Source: Actinomycetales bacterium
Lineage (GTDB): Bacteria > Actinomycetota > Actinomycetes > Actinomycetales > Dermatophilaceae
Direction of reading: 5' to 3'
Assembly (NCBI GenBank): GCA_038235595.1
Contig: JBBSTU010000001.1
Span: forward strand, 2,947-66,946
DNA length: 64,000 nucleotides
Of this stretch, positions 29,785 to 39,316 are shown piece by piece; the first letter of the stretch is position 1; each line of letters begins with the position of its first letter. The position numbers and the translations under genes are program-made. Under the pieces are notes generated by a model, which saw nothing but the letters and a program-made list of their open reading frames with translations, was not told the DNA's origin and did not search any database.

Positions 29785-31310
29785 ACGACGACCAGCGCGA
29801 AGGCCGCCCCGACGCACGTCGTGGTGAGCGCCAGCGGCCACCCGCTCGCGAGCGCTCCGCCCAGCACCGCTCCGACCAACGGCCGTCTGAGCGGTCGCGC
29901 CGTACCGACCCCGCACGGCTGGCCGCCTACACGGTGATGCGCGAGGTCGCCGGTGGCGCCTACGCCAACCTGGTTCTTCCAAAGCTGCTGCGAGAGAAGC
30001 AGATCCGGGGCCGAGATGCTGCATTTGCTACCGAGCTGGCCTATGGCTCCCTACGCATGTCGGGCCTCTACGACGAGATCATCGCTGCCGGGGCGAAGCG
30101 CCCCGTCGACAAGATCGACGCGAACGTGCTCGACACCCTGCGGCTGGGTGCCCACCAGCTGTTGTCGATGCGGGTGCCGACCCATGCCGCTGTCGACGAG
30201 ACGGTCGCCCTCGCCCGCCAGGTCAACGGGGCGGGTGCGGCCGGCTTCGTCAACGCCGTCATGCGTCGCGTGAGTGAGCGCCCGCTCGCGGAGTGGCAGA
30301 ACAGGGTGACCGCTGATGAGACTGATCCTTTGCAAGCGCTTGCCACCCGAACCTCGCACCCGTTGTGGATCGTCAGGGCCATGCGTGGGGCCCTCATCGG
30401 TCACGGCCTCGTCGGCCCCGACGACGTCGAACCAGCCCTGGTGTCGCTGCTCCATGCCGACAACACCGCCGCGCGCGTGTCGCTGGTGGCGCGCCCGGGT
30501 CTGGTCACTGTCGACGAGCTCGTGGCCTCGGGCGCCGAGCGCTCGATGACCAGCCCGGTGGGAGCCATTGTCTCGGCCGGCGATCCGGGCGACTTCGGGG
30601 CCGTGCGTGACGGCCGAGCCGCCGTGCAGGACGAAGGGTCGCAGCTGCTGACCTTGGCCCTGGCCGCGGCCGAGGTGGAGGGGGCGGCGGCCGCCGACGA
30701 GCGATGGCTCGACCTCTGCGCCGGCCCCGGCGGTAAAGCGGGAGTGCTGGCAGCGATCGCCGTTGGTCGGGGAGTGCCGTTCGTGGCCAACGAGATCAGC
30801 GAACATCGAGCCGCGCTCGTGGAGCACACGCTCGGTGCGGCCCGGGCCCGCGCCCACGAGGTGGGCGGGTCGATCGAGGTGACCCGCCGTGACGGACGTG
30901 CCGTGGGTGAAGCAGAGCCCGGCACCTACAGCCGGGTGCTCATCGACGCGCCCTGCACCGGTCTGGGAGCGCTGCGGCGCCGACCGGAAGCGCGCTGGCG
31001 ACGGCAGCCCTCCGATGTCGCAGCGCTGGCCACACTGCAACGTGAGCTGCTGGCATCCGGCATCGAGGCCACGGCGCCCGGGGGGCTCATCGGCTATGCG
31101 ACGTGCAGCCCGCACCTCAACGAGACCCGGTTCGTGGTCGGCGACGTGGTCAAGAAGCGCGACGACGTCGAGGTCGTCGATGCCCGAGGGCTGTTCGTCG
31201 ACGCCCAGGGTGAGCAGCTGGCCGAGCTGGGTGAGGGGCCGTTCGTGCAGCTGTGGCCGCACGTTCACGGCACCGATGCGATGTTCTTCGCTCTGCTTCG
31301 AAAGCGCTGA
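29781..31310 (+). CDS. rsmB: 16S rRNA (cytosine-C5) methyltransferase RsmB/Sun
   Basis: N-terminal NusB-like region, a SAM-MTase core with DLCAGPGGK, and catalytic Cys motifs [15 protein letters not shown] and YATCSPH. Confidence 0.88.
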   Translation: MNDDQREGRPDARRGERQRPPARERSAQHRSDQRPSERSRRTDPARLAAYTVMREVAGGAYANLVLPKLLREKQIRGRDAAFATELAYGSLRMSGLYDEIIAAGAKRPVDKIDANVLDTLRLGAHQLLSMRVPTHAAVDETVALARQVNGAGAAGFVNAVMRRVSERPLAEWQNRVTADETDPLQALATRTSHPLWIVRAMRGALIGHGLVGPDDVEPALVSLLHADNTAARVSLVARPGLVTVDELVASGAERSMTSPVGAIVSAGDPGDFGAVRDGRAAVQDEGSQLLTLALAAAEVEGAAAADERWLDLCAGPGGKAGVLAAIAVGRGVPFVANEISEHRAALVEHTLGAARARAHEVGGSIEVTRRDGRAVGEAEPGTYSRVLIDAPCTGLGALRRRPEARWRRQPSDVAALATLQRELLASGIEATAPGGLIGYATCSPHLNETRFVVGDVVKKRDDVEVVDARGLFVDAQGEQLAELGEGPFVQLWPHVHGTDAMFFALLRKR

Positions 31311-31331
31311 CACCGGCGCCGCCTGCGCGGT

Positions 31332-32090
31332 TCAGCCCTTGAGCCGTTCGTCGAAGAAGTCGAGCACCCGGTCGACAGCCGACTGCTGACGATGGGCGGT
31401 CAAGGTGGAGTGGCCCTTACCCTCGAGGTCGACCCGGATGAACCCCTCACCGAGCTCGGTGTCGAGCGTGTCGAAGCGGGTACCGGTCGCGGAGTCGCTG
31501 CCGTACTGAAGGCCCAGCACAGCGCAGCCACCGGCAACCCGCTGACGCACGAGCACGAGGTCGGCCGGGCTGAGGCCGAGATCGGCCTTGCGCCGCGAAC
31601 CGATGGCGAAGGGCAGTGAGGGTTGGGCCAACACCGGGGCGGCCACCGAGTCGTCAACCATCATCGCCAGCGCGAAGCCACCGGTGAAGCACATGCCCAA
31701 GGCGCCCACGCCCGGACCGCCGAGCTCGGCGTGCAGCTCGCGAGCCAGCGACCGTAGCCAGTCGGCGATCGGCGATGTGCGACCGGCCGCCAGCTTGGTG
31801 AACTCCTTGTTGACGCACACCTGCCCCATCGAGCGCATCATCTCGGTGGCCGAAGCCGGCGCACCGGGTCGGCCGAAGAGGTGTGGCAGCACGACGGTGA
31901 ATCCACGGTCGACGACGGCGTTCGCGAAGGCTTCGACGTCCGGGGTGATGCCGGGGATCTCGTGGATGACCACGACACCGGGTCCGGAGCCTCGGCGGAA
32001 CGTGGGGTGCGTGCGGCCTGCGGCGGTGTGGCTGCCACGGGCCCAGCCCTTGAGGGCGTTCGTGTCGGTCATGGGGTCATCGTGCACCAC
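31332..32090 (-). CDS. dienelactone hydrolase family protein
   Basis: VVVIHEIPGITP and the nucleophile motif GMCFTGGFAL (G-x-C-x-G) are typical of DLH. An alternative start is the ATG at 32080 (MTDTNALKG). Confidence 0.78.
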   Translation of the reverse strand: MVHDDPMTDTNALKGWARGSHTAAGRTHPTFRRGSGPGVVVIHEIPGITPDVEAFANAVVDRGFTVVLPHLFGRPGAPASATEMMRSMGQVCVNKEFTKLAAGRTSPIADWLRSLARELHAELGGPGVGALGMCFTGGFALAMMVDDSVAAPVLAQPSLPFAIGSRRKADLGLSPADLVLVRQRVAGGCAVLGLQYGSDSATGTRFDTLDTELGEGFIRVDLEGKGHSTLTAHRQQSAVDRVLDFFDERLKG

Positions 32091-32121
32091 CCGATGCCCT
32101 GACCGGTCGCCCGTGGCGAAC

Positions 32122-32127
32122 TAGGCT
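32122..32127 (+). promoter_or_regulatory. candidate -10 hexamer TAGGCT 6 nt upstream of the rpe GTG (leaderless)
   Basis: AACTAGGCTGTCGACGTG. There is no SD. Confidence 0.3.
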
Positions 32128-32133
32128 GTCGAC

Positions 32134-32793
32134 GTGCAGATCTCACCCAGCATCCTGAGCGCCGACTTCGCCAACCTCGAGGCAGAGCTGAAGCGGATCG
32201 CCAACGCCGACTGGGCCCACGTCGACGTCATGGACGGCCACTTCGTGCCGAACCTGACCCTCGGGCTGCCGGTCGTCGAGGCTCTGCTCAAGGTGAGCCC
32301 GATCCCGCTCGACGCGCACCTGATGATCGATGACCCCGACCGGTGGGCGCCGAGCTACGCCGAGGCCGGATGCCGTTCGGTCACCTTCCACGTCGAGGCC
32401 GCCGCCAACCCCCGCACGCTCGCCCGAGACCTGCGGGCGGCCGGCGCTCGAGCGGCCATGGCGCTCAAGCCGGGCACCGCGTTCGCGCCCTACGAGGAGC
32501 TGCTGCCCGACGTCGACACGGTGCTCGTGATGACCGTCGAGCCCGGCTTCGGAGGCCAGTCGTTCATGGCCGACCAGCTGGGCAAGGTGCGCCAGGTGCG
32601 CGAGGCCGTCCGGCGCCACGGAGGCGAGATCTGGGTGCAGGTCGACGGGGGAGTGAGCACCGAGACGATCGAACGGTGCGCCGAAGCCGGAGCCGACGTG
32701 TTCGTCGCAGGCTCGGCGGTCTACGGCGCCGACGACGCGGCCGGCGCCATCGACGAGCTGTGCGCCCTGGCTCGCCGACACCGGCATCCCTGA
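32134..32793 (+). CDS. rpe: ribulose-phosphate 3-epimerase
   Basis: [14 protein letters not shown] and [12 protein letters not shown]. Confidence 0.93.
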   Translation: MQISPSILSADFANLEAELKRIANADWAHVDVMDGHFVPNLTLGLPVVEALLKVSPIPLDAHLMIDDPDRWAPSYAEAGCRSVTFHVEAAANPRTLARDLRAAGARAAMALKPGTAFAPYEELLPDVDTVLVMTVEPGFGGQSFMADQLGKVRQVREAVRRHGGEIWVQVDGGVSTETIERCAEAGADVFVAGSAVYGADDAAGAIDELCALARRHRHP

Positions 32794-32826
32794 GGCTCGA
32801 CCCCTCACCGCCGCCCCACCCCTTCT

Positions 32827-32911
32827 GCGCGTCGCGCGGCGCGTCGCGCAGGTGGTGTCGCGATTCCAGCACTTCTGGCGCGTCGCGCGGCGCGTCGCGC
32901 AGGTGGTGTCG
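32827..32911. repeat. two perfect direct copies of a 34-bp module GCGCGTCGCGCGGCGCGTCGCGCAGGTGGTGTCG (51-bp period)
   Basis: Copy 1 is 32827-32860 and copy 2 is 32878-32911. Each copy holds two units of the near-palindrome GCGCG-T-CGCGC. The repeats lie between the rpe stop and the FMN riboswitch promoter. Confidence 0.85.
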
Positions 32912-32987
32912 TGGAGCTGGCACGGCGGGGTCAGCGCCGTGGCGACCATCACGCGACCACGGGGTGCGTCGGGCGAGCCATCGGGTG

Positions 32988-32993
32988 CATACT
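32988..32993 (+). promoter_or_regulatory. candidate -10 hexamer CATACT for the riboflavin operon
   Basis: It lies 7 nt upstream of the first base of riboswitch helix P1 (33001). Confidence 0.3.
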
Positions 32994-33000
32994 GGCCTCA

Positions 33001-33125
33001 CGTGCTCCGGGGTCGGTGTAATTCCGAGCCGGCGGTTACAGTCCGCGACCCGGCCGCAGCCAGCGGCCGGTTGACCTGGTGAAACTCCAGGACCGACGGT
33101 GAAAGTCCGGATGGGAGGCAGCACG
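33001..33125 (+). promoter_or_regulatory. FMN riboswitch (RFN element)
   Basis: The conserved core is readable: CGTGCTCCGGGGTCGGTGTAATTCCGAGCCGGCGGTTACAGTCCGCGACCCG...CCTGGTGAAACTCCAGGACCGACGGTGAAAGTCCGGATGGGAGGCAGCACG. P1 pairs CGTGCT with AGCACG. It sits upstream of rib genes. Confidence 0.92.
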
Positions 33126-33264
33126 AGGCAGGCCATACGTGGTCGGCCTACGCAACGGCTCAGTCGTGTTCGGTCCCTCGTTCGGTGACCCGACCCGGCT
33201 GGCCACGTCGTGCTTATCCCCGGAGGGCGTCCGAACATCGCGACGACCGAGGGACGAAAACGAC

Positions 33265-33975
33265 ATGGACATCCTCAGGTGGCTCTACGAAGCCAGCATC
33301 CCCATCGGGGGCTACCAGCTGCACTGGCTCGAGCTGATCGGTGTGCTCTTCGGGCTGGCGTCGGCCGTCGGCGGACTGGTGCGCCGGATGTGGGCCTGGC
33401 CGGTGGGCATCGTCGGAAACGTGCTGCTCTTCTTCGTCTACATCACGGTCACGTTCGACGCCGCTGACGGGCGAGCCCCCCTCTTCGGCCAGTCAGGCCG
33501 TCAGATCTTCTTCATCATCACCAGCGTCTACGGTTGGTGGCGCTGGAACCAGGTCAAGAAGATCGACGACCGCCCCGCCGACGCTCCGGCGATCGTGCCG
33601 CGGTGGGCCACCGCCCGCGAACGGGTCATGATGGGCGTGACCATGGTCGTGGGCCTGCTCGTCGTGCAACAGGTCTTCAGCATCATTGGAGCCGGTTGGC
33701 CCGCACCGCGCTGGTACTTCTGGTGCGACGCGTGGATCTTCGTCGGCTCGATGATCGCCACCTACGCGATGGCCCGAGGCTGGAACGAGTTCTGGCTGGT
33801 GTGGATCGCCGTCGACCTCGTGGGCGTGCCTCTGCTCATCCACTCCGGCTACATCCCGACCGCCGTGCTCTACGCCGTCTACTCCGTGTTCGTCATCTAC
33901 GGGTTTGTCGTCTGGCTGCGCGCCAGCCGTGTCGAACGACCGACCCCCGAGCTGGCCCACGCCGCTCGGCGCTGA
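33265..33975 (+). CDS. PnuC-family transporter, probably a riboflavin importer (RibM/PnuX-like)
   Basis: 236-aa multi-TM protein starting MDILRWLYEASIPIGGYQLHWLELIGVLFGLASAV and containing ...WRWNQ... (typical PnuC). It is the first gene after the FMN riboswitch. I used the ATG at 33265; the ORF-track start at 33139 lies in the expression platform. Confidence 0.78.
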   Translation: MDILRWLYEASIPIGGYQLHWLELIGVLFGLASAVGGLVRRMWAWPVGIVGNVLLFFVYITVTFDAADGRAPLFGQSGRQIFFIITSVYGWWRWNQVKKIDDRPADAPAIVPRWATARERVMMGVTMVVGLLVVQQVFSIIGAGWPAPRWYFWCDAWIFVGSMIATYAMARGWNEFWLVWIAVDLVGVPLLIHSGYIPTAVLYAVYSVFVIYGFVVWLRASRVERPTPELAHAARR

Positions 33976-33987
33976 GCGAGCACGGCG

Positions 33988-35091
33988 ATGACCACACACG
34001 CCTCACAGTCGGAGCCCGGTCGCCCCGAGGCCGCGGCCCTGATGCGGCGCGCCCTCGAGCTCGCCGCTGCAGGGCCCTGGCCCGACCCCAACCCCCGAGT
34101 CGGCGCCCTCGTCGTCGACCGGGACGGCGCCGTGGTCGGCGACGGGTGGCACCGAGGAGCGGGCAGCCCGCACGCCGAGGTCGCCGCGCTGGCCGCCGCG
34201 GGTGCACGGGCCCGCGGTGGGTCGGTGTTCGTGACCCTCGAACCGTGCGCCCACTCCGGCCGCACCGGCCCGTGCACCGCGGCGCTGCTCGACGCTGGCG
34301 TGAGGCGGGTGGAGTTCGCGCAGCTGGACCCCAACCCGATGGCCTCAGGGGGCGCCGACGTGCTGCGCCGGGCCGGTGTGGAGGTGCGTGGCGGGGTGCT
34401 GGCCGCCGAGGCAGCCGAGCTCAACGACCGCTGGTCGCGCACCGTGGCCCTCCACCGCCCGCTCGTGACGTGGAAGCTGGCCAGCACACTCGACGGTCGC
34501 AGCGCCGCATCCGACGGGTCGAGCCGCTGGATCACGAGCGAGGCCTCGCGCGCCGACGTGCACGCCCTGCGGGCCACCCGCGACGCGGTGCTGGTCGGGA
34601 CCGGAACATTGCTGGCGGACGACCCACGGCTCACGGTGCGGATGCCGTCTGGTGCCCCGGCGGCCCACCAGCCGCTGCGCGTCGTCATGGGTCTGCGCTC
34701 GGTGCCCGTCACGGCTCGGGTTCGCGACGCACCCGGCGAGGTGCTGCACGTGCCAGTGCGGTCGCCACATGAGGCCCTGGGCCAACTGTGGCACAAAGGG
34801 ATCCGCGACCTCTGGCTCGAAGGCGGCCCCACCCTGGCGGCGGCCTTCATGGCGGCTGGTCTGGTCGACGAGGTGTACGCCTACGTCGCGCCCGCCCTGC
34901 TCGGTGCGGGGGTCAACGCGATCGCCGACCTCGGTGTCGTGGCGATGTCCGACATCGTGCGCCTCTCACTTTCGGACGTCCGCCAGATCGGCGACGACGT
35001 GCGCATCCATGCCGTTCTTCCTGTCGTTCGAGGTGACCGGCGACCGCATTCGGTCGGAGGTCACCTCGACGCCGTCAGCGCAAAACTTTAA
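33988..35091 (+). CDS. ribD: bifunctional diaminohydroxyphosphoribosylaminopyrimidine deaminase / 5-amino-6-(5-phosphoribosylamino)uracil reductase
   Basis: Deaminase zinc motifs SPHAEVAAL and TLEPCAHSGRTGPC, plus a C-terminal reductase domain. Confidence 0.92.
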   Translation: MTTHASQSEPGRPEAAALMRRALELAAAGPWPDPNPRVGALVVDRDGAVVGDGWHRGAGSPHAEVAALAAAGARARGGSVFVTLEPCAHSGRTGPCTAALLDAGVRRVEFAQLDPNPMASGGADVLRRAGVEVRGGVLAAEAAELNDRWSRTVALHRPLVTWKLASTLDGRSAASDGSSRWITSEASRADVHALRATRDAVLVGTGTLLADDPRLTVRMPSGAPAAHQPLRVVMGLRSVPVTARVRDAPGEVLHVPVRSPHEALGQLWHKGIRDLWLEGGPTLAAAFMAAGLVDEVYAYVAPALLGAGVNAIADLGVVAMSDIVRLSLSDVRQIGDDVRIHAVLPVVRGDRRPHSVGGHLDAVSAKL

Positions 35092-35101
35092 GGAGAGAAT
35101 C

Positions 35102-35752
35102 ATGTTCACGGGAATCGTCGAAGAGCTCGGCACCGTCGCGGCGATCGACCACGGCACCGACTCGGCTGTGCTGCGCATCACCGGGCCCCTCGTCGTCACG
35201 GACGCCGTTCACGGCGCCTCGATCGCCGTCAACGGTGTGTGCTTGACCGTCACCGAGTGCGACGCCTCGAGCTTCGCGGTCGACGTGATGGCCGAGTCGC
35301 TGCGGCGCAGCGCGCTCGGGGCCCTGCAGCCCGGCGACCGGGTCAACCTCGAACGCGCCATGCCGGCCGACGGACGGTTCGGTGGCCACGTCGTGCAGGG
35401 TCACGTCGACGGCACCGCGGTCATCGTGGCGCGCACGCCTGGTGACCGGTGGGAGACGGTCGAGCTCACCCTGCCGGCGAACCTGGCAGCCTACGTGGTC
35501 GAGAAGGGGTCGATCACCGTCGACGGCGTCTCGCTCACGGTCGCCACCGTCACGGATGCCGGGACGCACGATGGGTCCAACCACCGGTTCTCGGTGTCGC
35601 TCATTCCCACGACCCTCGCGCTGACGACGTTGGGCCGCAAGGGTGTCGGCGATCCGGTGAACCTCGAGGTCGACGTGATCGCCAAGTACGTCGAGCGGCT
35701 GCTGCAACGCGGCCGGGTCAGCGAGGCCGCCACTGTCGAGGAGGTGCTGTGA
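35102..35752 (+). CDS. ribE: riboflavin synthase (alpha chain)
   Basis: MFTGIVEELGTV at the N-terminus, internal duplication (second half GHVVQGHVDGTA) and SD GGAGAG upstream. Confidence 0.93.
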   Translation: MFTGIVEELGTVAAIDHGTDSAVLRITGPLVVTDAVHGASIAVNGVCLTVTECDASSFAVDVMAESLRRSALGALQPGDRVNLERAMPADGRFGGHVVQGHVDGTAVIVARTPGDRWETVELTLPANLAAYVVEKGSITVDGVSLTVATVTDAGTHDGSNHRFSVSLIPTTLALTTLGRKGVGDPVNLEVDVIAKYVERLLQRGRVSEAATVEEVL

Positions 35753-36978
35753 TGAGCGAGCTCTCGACGGTGGAGGAAGCCCTGGAGTCGCTGCGGACCG
35801 GCCGCCCGGTGCTCGTGCTCGACTCCGAGGACCGCGAGAACGAGGGCGACGTCGTGCTCGCCGCCGAGACGGCCACGGAGTCGTGGCTGGCCTGGACCGT
35901 GCGTCACACCTCGGGCTATCTCTGCGCTCCACTGACCCCGGAGGCCGCCGATCGGCTCGATCTGCCCCTCATGGTGGAGCGCAACCGCGACCCGCGGCGC
36001 ACGGCCTACACGGTCTCGGTCGACGCGGCCTCGGGCGTCTCGACCGGCATCAGCGCGGCCGACCGTCTACGCACGGCAAAGGTGCTGGCCGACCCGGCGA
36101 CATCCGCGCACGACCTCATTCGTCCGGGTCACGTGCTGCCGCTGCGCGCCCGGCCCGGCGGTGTGCTCACCCGCCCCGGCCACACCGAGGCGGCGGTCGA
36201 CCTGGCCCGACTGGCGGGTCTGGCACCGGTGGGGCTGATCGGCGAGCTCGTGCATGACGAGGGGGGCGTGATGCGACGCGACGCCGTGCTGGCGCTCGGC
36301 CACCGCCACGATCTGCCCGTGGTCACCATCGAGGCGCTGGTGGCGTGGCGCCAGCGCCACGACCGGGTGGAGCGGCTCGCGACGACACGGCTTCCTACGG
36401 CAAACGGCACGTTCACGGCCCACGGCTACCGCGATGTGTTGACCGGTGACGAGCACGTCGCTCTGGTGAGCCCGCGGGGCCTCGGCCGCAGTGTGACGCT
36501 GGTGCGCCTGCACTCGGAGTGCCTCACCGGCGACACGTTCGGGTCACTCCGGTGTGACTGTGGCCCCCAGCTGCAGACCGCCCTGTCGAGAACGGCGCGT
36601 GAGTGCGGCGTGGTCATCTACCTCCGCGGTCACGAAGGCCGCGGAGTCGGACTCGTCGACAAGCTGCGCGCCTACGCCGAGCAGGACCGCGGCGCCGACA
36701 CTGTCGACGCCCAGACCACTCTCGGCCTGCCCGTCGACGCCCGCGACTACGCCGCCGGTGCGGCGATCGCCCACGACCTCGGCATCACGCAGCTCGTGCT
36801 GCTGACGAACAACCCGGCCAAGGTCGAGGCCCTGCGCCACGGGGGCCTCGACGTGGTGGCGGTCGAGCGACTGCACACCCCCGTCGGGGCTGACAACGAG
36901 CTCTACCTCAGCACCAAGCGTGACCGGCTCGGGCACGATCTGCCCCCGGCGCTGAGCGCCAACGGACGAACGGCCTGA
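35752..36978 (+). CDS. ribBA: bifunctional 3,4-dihydroxy-2-butanone-4-phosphate synthase / GTP cyclohydrolase II
   Basis: [10 protein letters not shown] (DHBPS) and [18 protein letters not shown] (GCH II zinc site). ATG at 35752 overlaps the ribE stop. Confidence 0.95.
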   Translation: MSELSTVEEALESLRTGRPVLVLDSEDRENEGDVVLAAETATESWLAWTVRHTSGYLCAPLTPEAADRLDLPLMVERNRDPRRTAYTVSVDAASGVSTGISAADRLRTAKVLADPATSAHDLIRPGHVLPLRARPGGVLTRPGHTEAAVDLARLAGLAPVGLIGELVHDEGGVMRRDAVLALGHRHDLPVVTIEALVAWRQRHDRVERLATTRLPTANGTFTAHGYRDVLTGDEHVALVSPRGLGRSVTLVRLHSECLTGDTFGSLRCDCGPQLQTALSRTARECGVVIYLRGHEGRGVGLVDKLRAYAEQDRGADTVDAQTTLGLPVDARDYAAGAAIAHDLGITQLVLLTNNPAKVEALRHGGLDVVAVERLHTPVGADNELYLSTKRDRLGHDLPPALSANGRTA

Positions 36979-37105
36979 TGGTGGGCCGGGCGCCCTGCCT
37001 CGCCGGGCGGGGCCGGCGGGGTTTCGACCCCCGTCTCACTACAACGCGTACTCAGGGCCGCCGCCAAATGCAACGGCCCCGCCCACACGGACCGGAAGGA
37101 CTGTC

Positions 37106-37603
37106 ATGAAGCACGGAGCCCCCACCCTCGCGGTCGACGGCAGCGGCCTGCGCGTCGCGGTCGTCGCGGCCTCGTGGCACAAGGTGGTGATGAACGGGCT
37201 CCTCGACGGAGCGCTACGCGGTCTCGCCGACGCCGGGGTCACTGCTGCCGACGTCGCCGTCGTTCGGGTGCCGGGGACCTTCGAGCTGACGGTGGCCTGC
37301 GCCACCCTGGCCGAACGGTTCGACGCCCTCGTGGCGCTCGGGGTCGTCATCCGGGGTGGCACCCCGCACTTCGACTACGTGTGTCAGGCCGCCGCAGTCG
37401 GGTTGACCGACGTCGCCGTGCGCTCGGGCACTCCCGTCGGCTTCGGGGTGCTCACGTGCGACGACGAGGCGCAGGCGCTCGACCGTGCCGGTCTGCCCGG
37501 ATCGGCCGAGGACAAGGGGCACGAGGCTGCGACGGCGGCGGTCGCCACGGTTGTCGCGTTGCGACCGGTAGCCCAGGGTGAGCCCAGGGTGAGCGGAGTG
37601 TGA
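37106..37603 (+). CDS. ribH: 6,7-dimethyl-8-ribityllumazine synthase
   Basis: VRVPGTFEL and [11 protein letters not shown]. Confidence 0.93.
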   Translation: MKHGAPTLAVDGSGLRVAVVAASWHKVVMNGLLDGALRGLADAGVTAADVAVVRVPGTFELTVACATLAERFDALVALGVVIRGGTPHFDYVCQAAAVGLTDVAVRSGTPVGFGVLTCDDEAQALDRAGLPGSAEDKGHEAATAAVATVVALRPVAQGEPRVSGV

Positions 37604-37622
37604 GCCCGGCCGGAGGCCACCG

Positions 37623-37628
37623 TAGGCT
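37623..37628 (+). promoter_or_regulatory. candidate -10 hexamer TAGGCT 8 nt upstream of the hisE GTG (leaderless)
   Basis: CCGTAGGCTGTGGCAACGTG, within the 33-nt ribH-hisE gap. Confidence 0.25.
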
Positions 37629-37636
37629 GTGGCAAC

Positions 37637-37900
37637 GTGAAGAGCTTTGAGCAGCTGTACGCCGAGCTGGCCGACAAGGCCGCGGCCCGCCCGGAGGGTT
37701 CGGGCACGGTTGCCGCCCTCGACGCCGGGGTGCACCAGATCGGTAAGAAGATCGTCGAGGAGGCCGCTGAGGTGTGGATGGCGGCCGAGTACCAGACGAC
37801 CGTCGAGACGGCCGAGGAGATCAGCCAGCTGCTCTACCATCTGCAGGTCCTCATGCTGGCCAAGGGCATCACGCTCGACGACGTCTACGCCCACCTGTAG
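37637..37900 (+). CDS. hisE: phosphoribosyl-ATP pyrophosphatase
   Basis: 87 aa: [21 protein letters not shown]...[28 protein letters not shown]. Confidence 0.9.
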   Translation: MKSFEQLYAELADKAAARPEGSGTVAALDAGVHQIGKKIVEEAAEVWMAAEYQTTVETAEEISQLLYHLQVLMLAKGITLDDVYAHL

Positions 37901-37916
37901 AAGGACCGCGACATCT

Positions 37917-38798
37917 ATGACGACCCACATCACCCGCCCAGAGCCGAACATGGGTCTGCGCATCGCCGTTCCGAACAAGGGGGCGCTCAGCGACGAGACC
38001 GTTGACATGCTGCGTGAGGCCGGTTACCGCACCCGCCGTGACAGCAAGGAGCTCGTGGTGCGCGACGTCGAGAACGACGTCGACTTCTTCTACCTGCGCC
38101 CGCGCGACATCGCGGTCTACGTCGGCTCGGGCACGGTTGACGCGGGGCTCACCGGCCGCGACCTGCTGCTCGACTCGGGCTCGGAGGCCGTCGAGATCAT
38201 GGCCCTCGGGTTCGGCGGGTCGACCTTCCGGTATGCCGCTGTGCCCGGTGACATCGCGACCGTGGCCGAGATCGACGGCAGGCGGGTGGCGACCTCCTAC
38301 CCCGGGCTGGTGCGCTCCGACCTGGGCGCCAGGGGGATCACGGCAGAGGTCGTACGCCTCGACGGCGCCGTCGAGACCGCCATCACCCTCGGGGTGGCCG
38401 ACGTCATCGCCGACGTCGTCGAGACCGGTGCCACCCTGCGCAGCCAAGGGTTGGAGGTCTTCGGTGACCCGATCCTGCGTTCGGAGGCGGTGCTCATCCG
38501 CGGCGACCGGCCCGGTCAGGCCGACCGGGTCCGGGTGCTGGAGCGACGACTGGCCGGGGTCATCACCGCCCGCACCTACGTCATGCTCGACTACGACTGC
38601 CCGAAGAACCTCGTCGAGAGCGCCTGCCGGCTGACTCCCGGCCTCGAGTCGCCCACGGTCTCCCCACTGCAGGACGACGCCTGGGTGGCTGTTCGGGCCA
38701 TGGTGCCCCAGGCCGGTCGCGACCGGCTGATGGACAAGCTCTACGACCTCGGGGCTCGCGCGATCCTCGTCACCGACATCGCTGCCTGCCGGCTCTGA
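37917..38798 (+). CDS. hisG: ATP phosphoribosyltransferase (long form)
   Basis: GLRIAVPNKGALSDETVDMLREAGY. The start is either ATG 37917 (GAAGGA SD upstream) or ATG 37950. Confidence 0.9.
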   Translation: MTTHITRPEPNMGLRIAVPNKGALSDETVDMLREAGYRTRRDSKELVVRDVENDVDFFYLRPRDIAVYVGSGTVDAGLTGRDLLLDSGSEAVEIMALGFGGSTFRYAAVPGDIATVAEIDGRRVATSYPGLVRSDLGARGITAEVVRLDGAVETAITLGVADVIADVVETGATLRSQGLEVFGDPILRSEAVLIRGDRPGQADRVRVLERRLAGVITARTYVMLDYDCPKNLVESACRLTPGLESPTVSPLQDDAWVAVRAMVPQAGRDRLMDKLYDLGARAILVTDIAACRL

Positions 38799-39316
38799 TG
38801 GCTGTGCCCGACGAGGGTGCGGCCGCGGCGGCCGACGTGACCGGGGGTGCTCTGGCGGCCTTCCGACCCCGACGGGCTCGGGCGGTGGCGTTGTGGTGCG
38901 GGTGGTTGTCGCTCGCGCTGTTCGGCGCCATCGCGGTCATCATCCCGGCCCAGGTCGACAACCGGTGGGGTATCGGTGACCGCCTGATGCTCTTCGCCTT
39001 CGGCGTGGTGATCGCCGCGCTGGCCTGGCGCTACGCCACGATCCGAGCCGTGCCCAGCCGTCAGGGTCTGGTCGTGCGCAACCTCGTGACCTCGCGCACG
39101 CTCGAGTGGTCGGAGGTGGTCGGCATCCAGTTCGGCGGGGGCGAGCCCTGGGTGAGCCTCGACCTCGAGGAGGGTGACACCCTGGCCGTCATGGCGATCC
39201 AGAAGGCCGACGGCGCGACGGCCGAGCGGGAGGCGTCACGGCTGGCGGCCCTGGTGCAGGCGTTCGGTGAGGCTCGCGAGCCCGGCGGCTCACGTCCGGG
39301 CGGCGACTCGTCATGA
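38798..39316 (+). CDS. membrane-anchored bacterial PH-domain protein
   Basis: Two N-terminal TM helices followed by LVVRNLVTSRTLEWSEVVGIQF...VSLDLEEGDTLAVMAIQ, a bPH-like beta pattern. TGATG overlap with hisG. Confidence 0.65.
   Translation: MAVPDEGAAAAADVTGGALAAFRPRRARAVALWCGWLSLALFGAIAVIIPAQVDNRWGIGDRLMLFAFGVVIAALAWRYATIRAVPSRQGLVVRNLVTSRTLEWSEVVGIQFGGGEPWVSLDLEEGDTLAVMAIQKADGATAEREASRLAALVQAFGEAREPGGSRPGGDSS

Noticed and set aside
32827-32911. Possibility that the duplicated 34-bp module is a minimal CRISPR array.
   Set aside because: There are only two repeats, the spacer is 17 bp, no cas genes are in the window, and the repeat is an internally duplicated GC palindrome unlike CRISPR repeats.
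36979-37105. GC hairpins in the 127-bp ribBA-ribH spacer as an internal attenuator.
   Set aside because: Only short stems such as GGCGGGG/CCCCGTC, with no U-tract or alternative pairing, could be demonstrated. The evidence is insufficient to call a feature.
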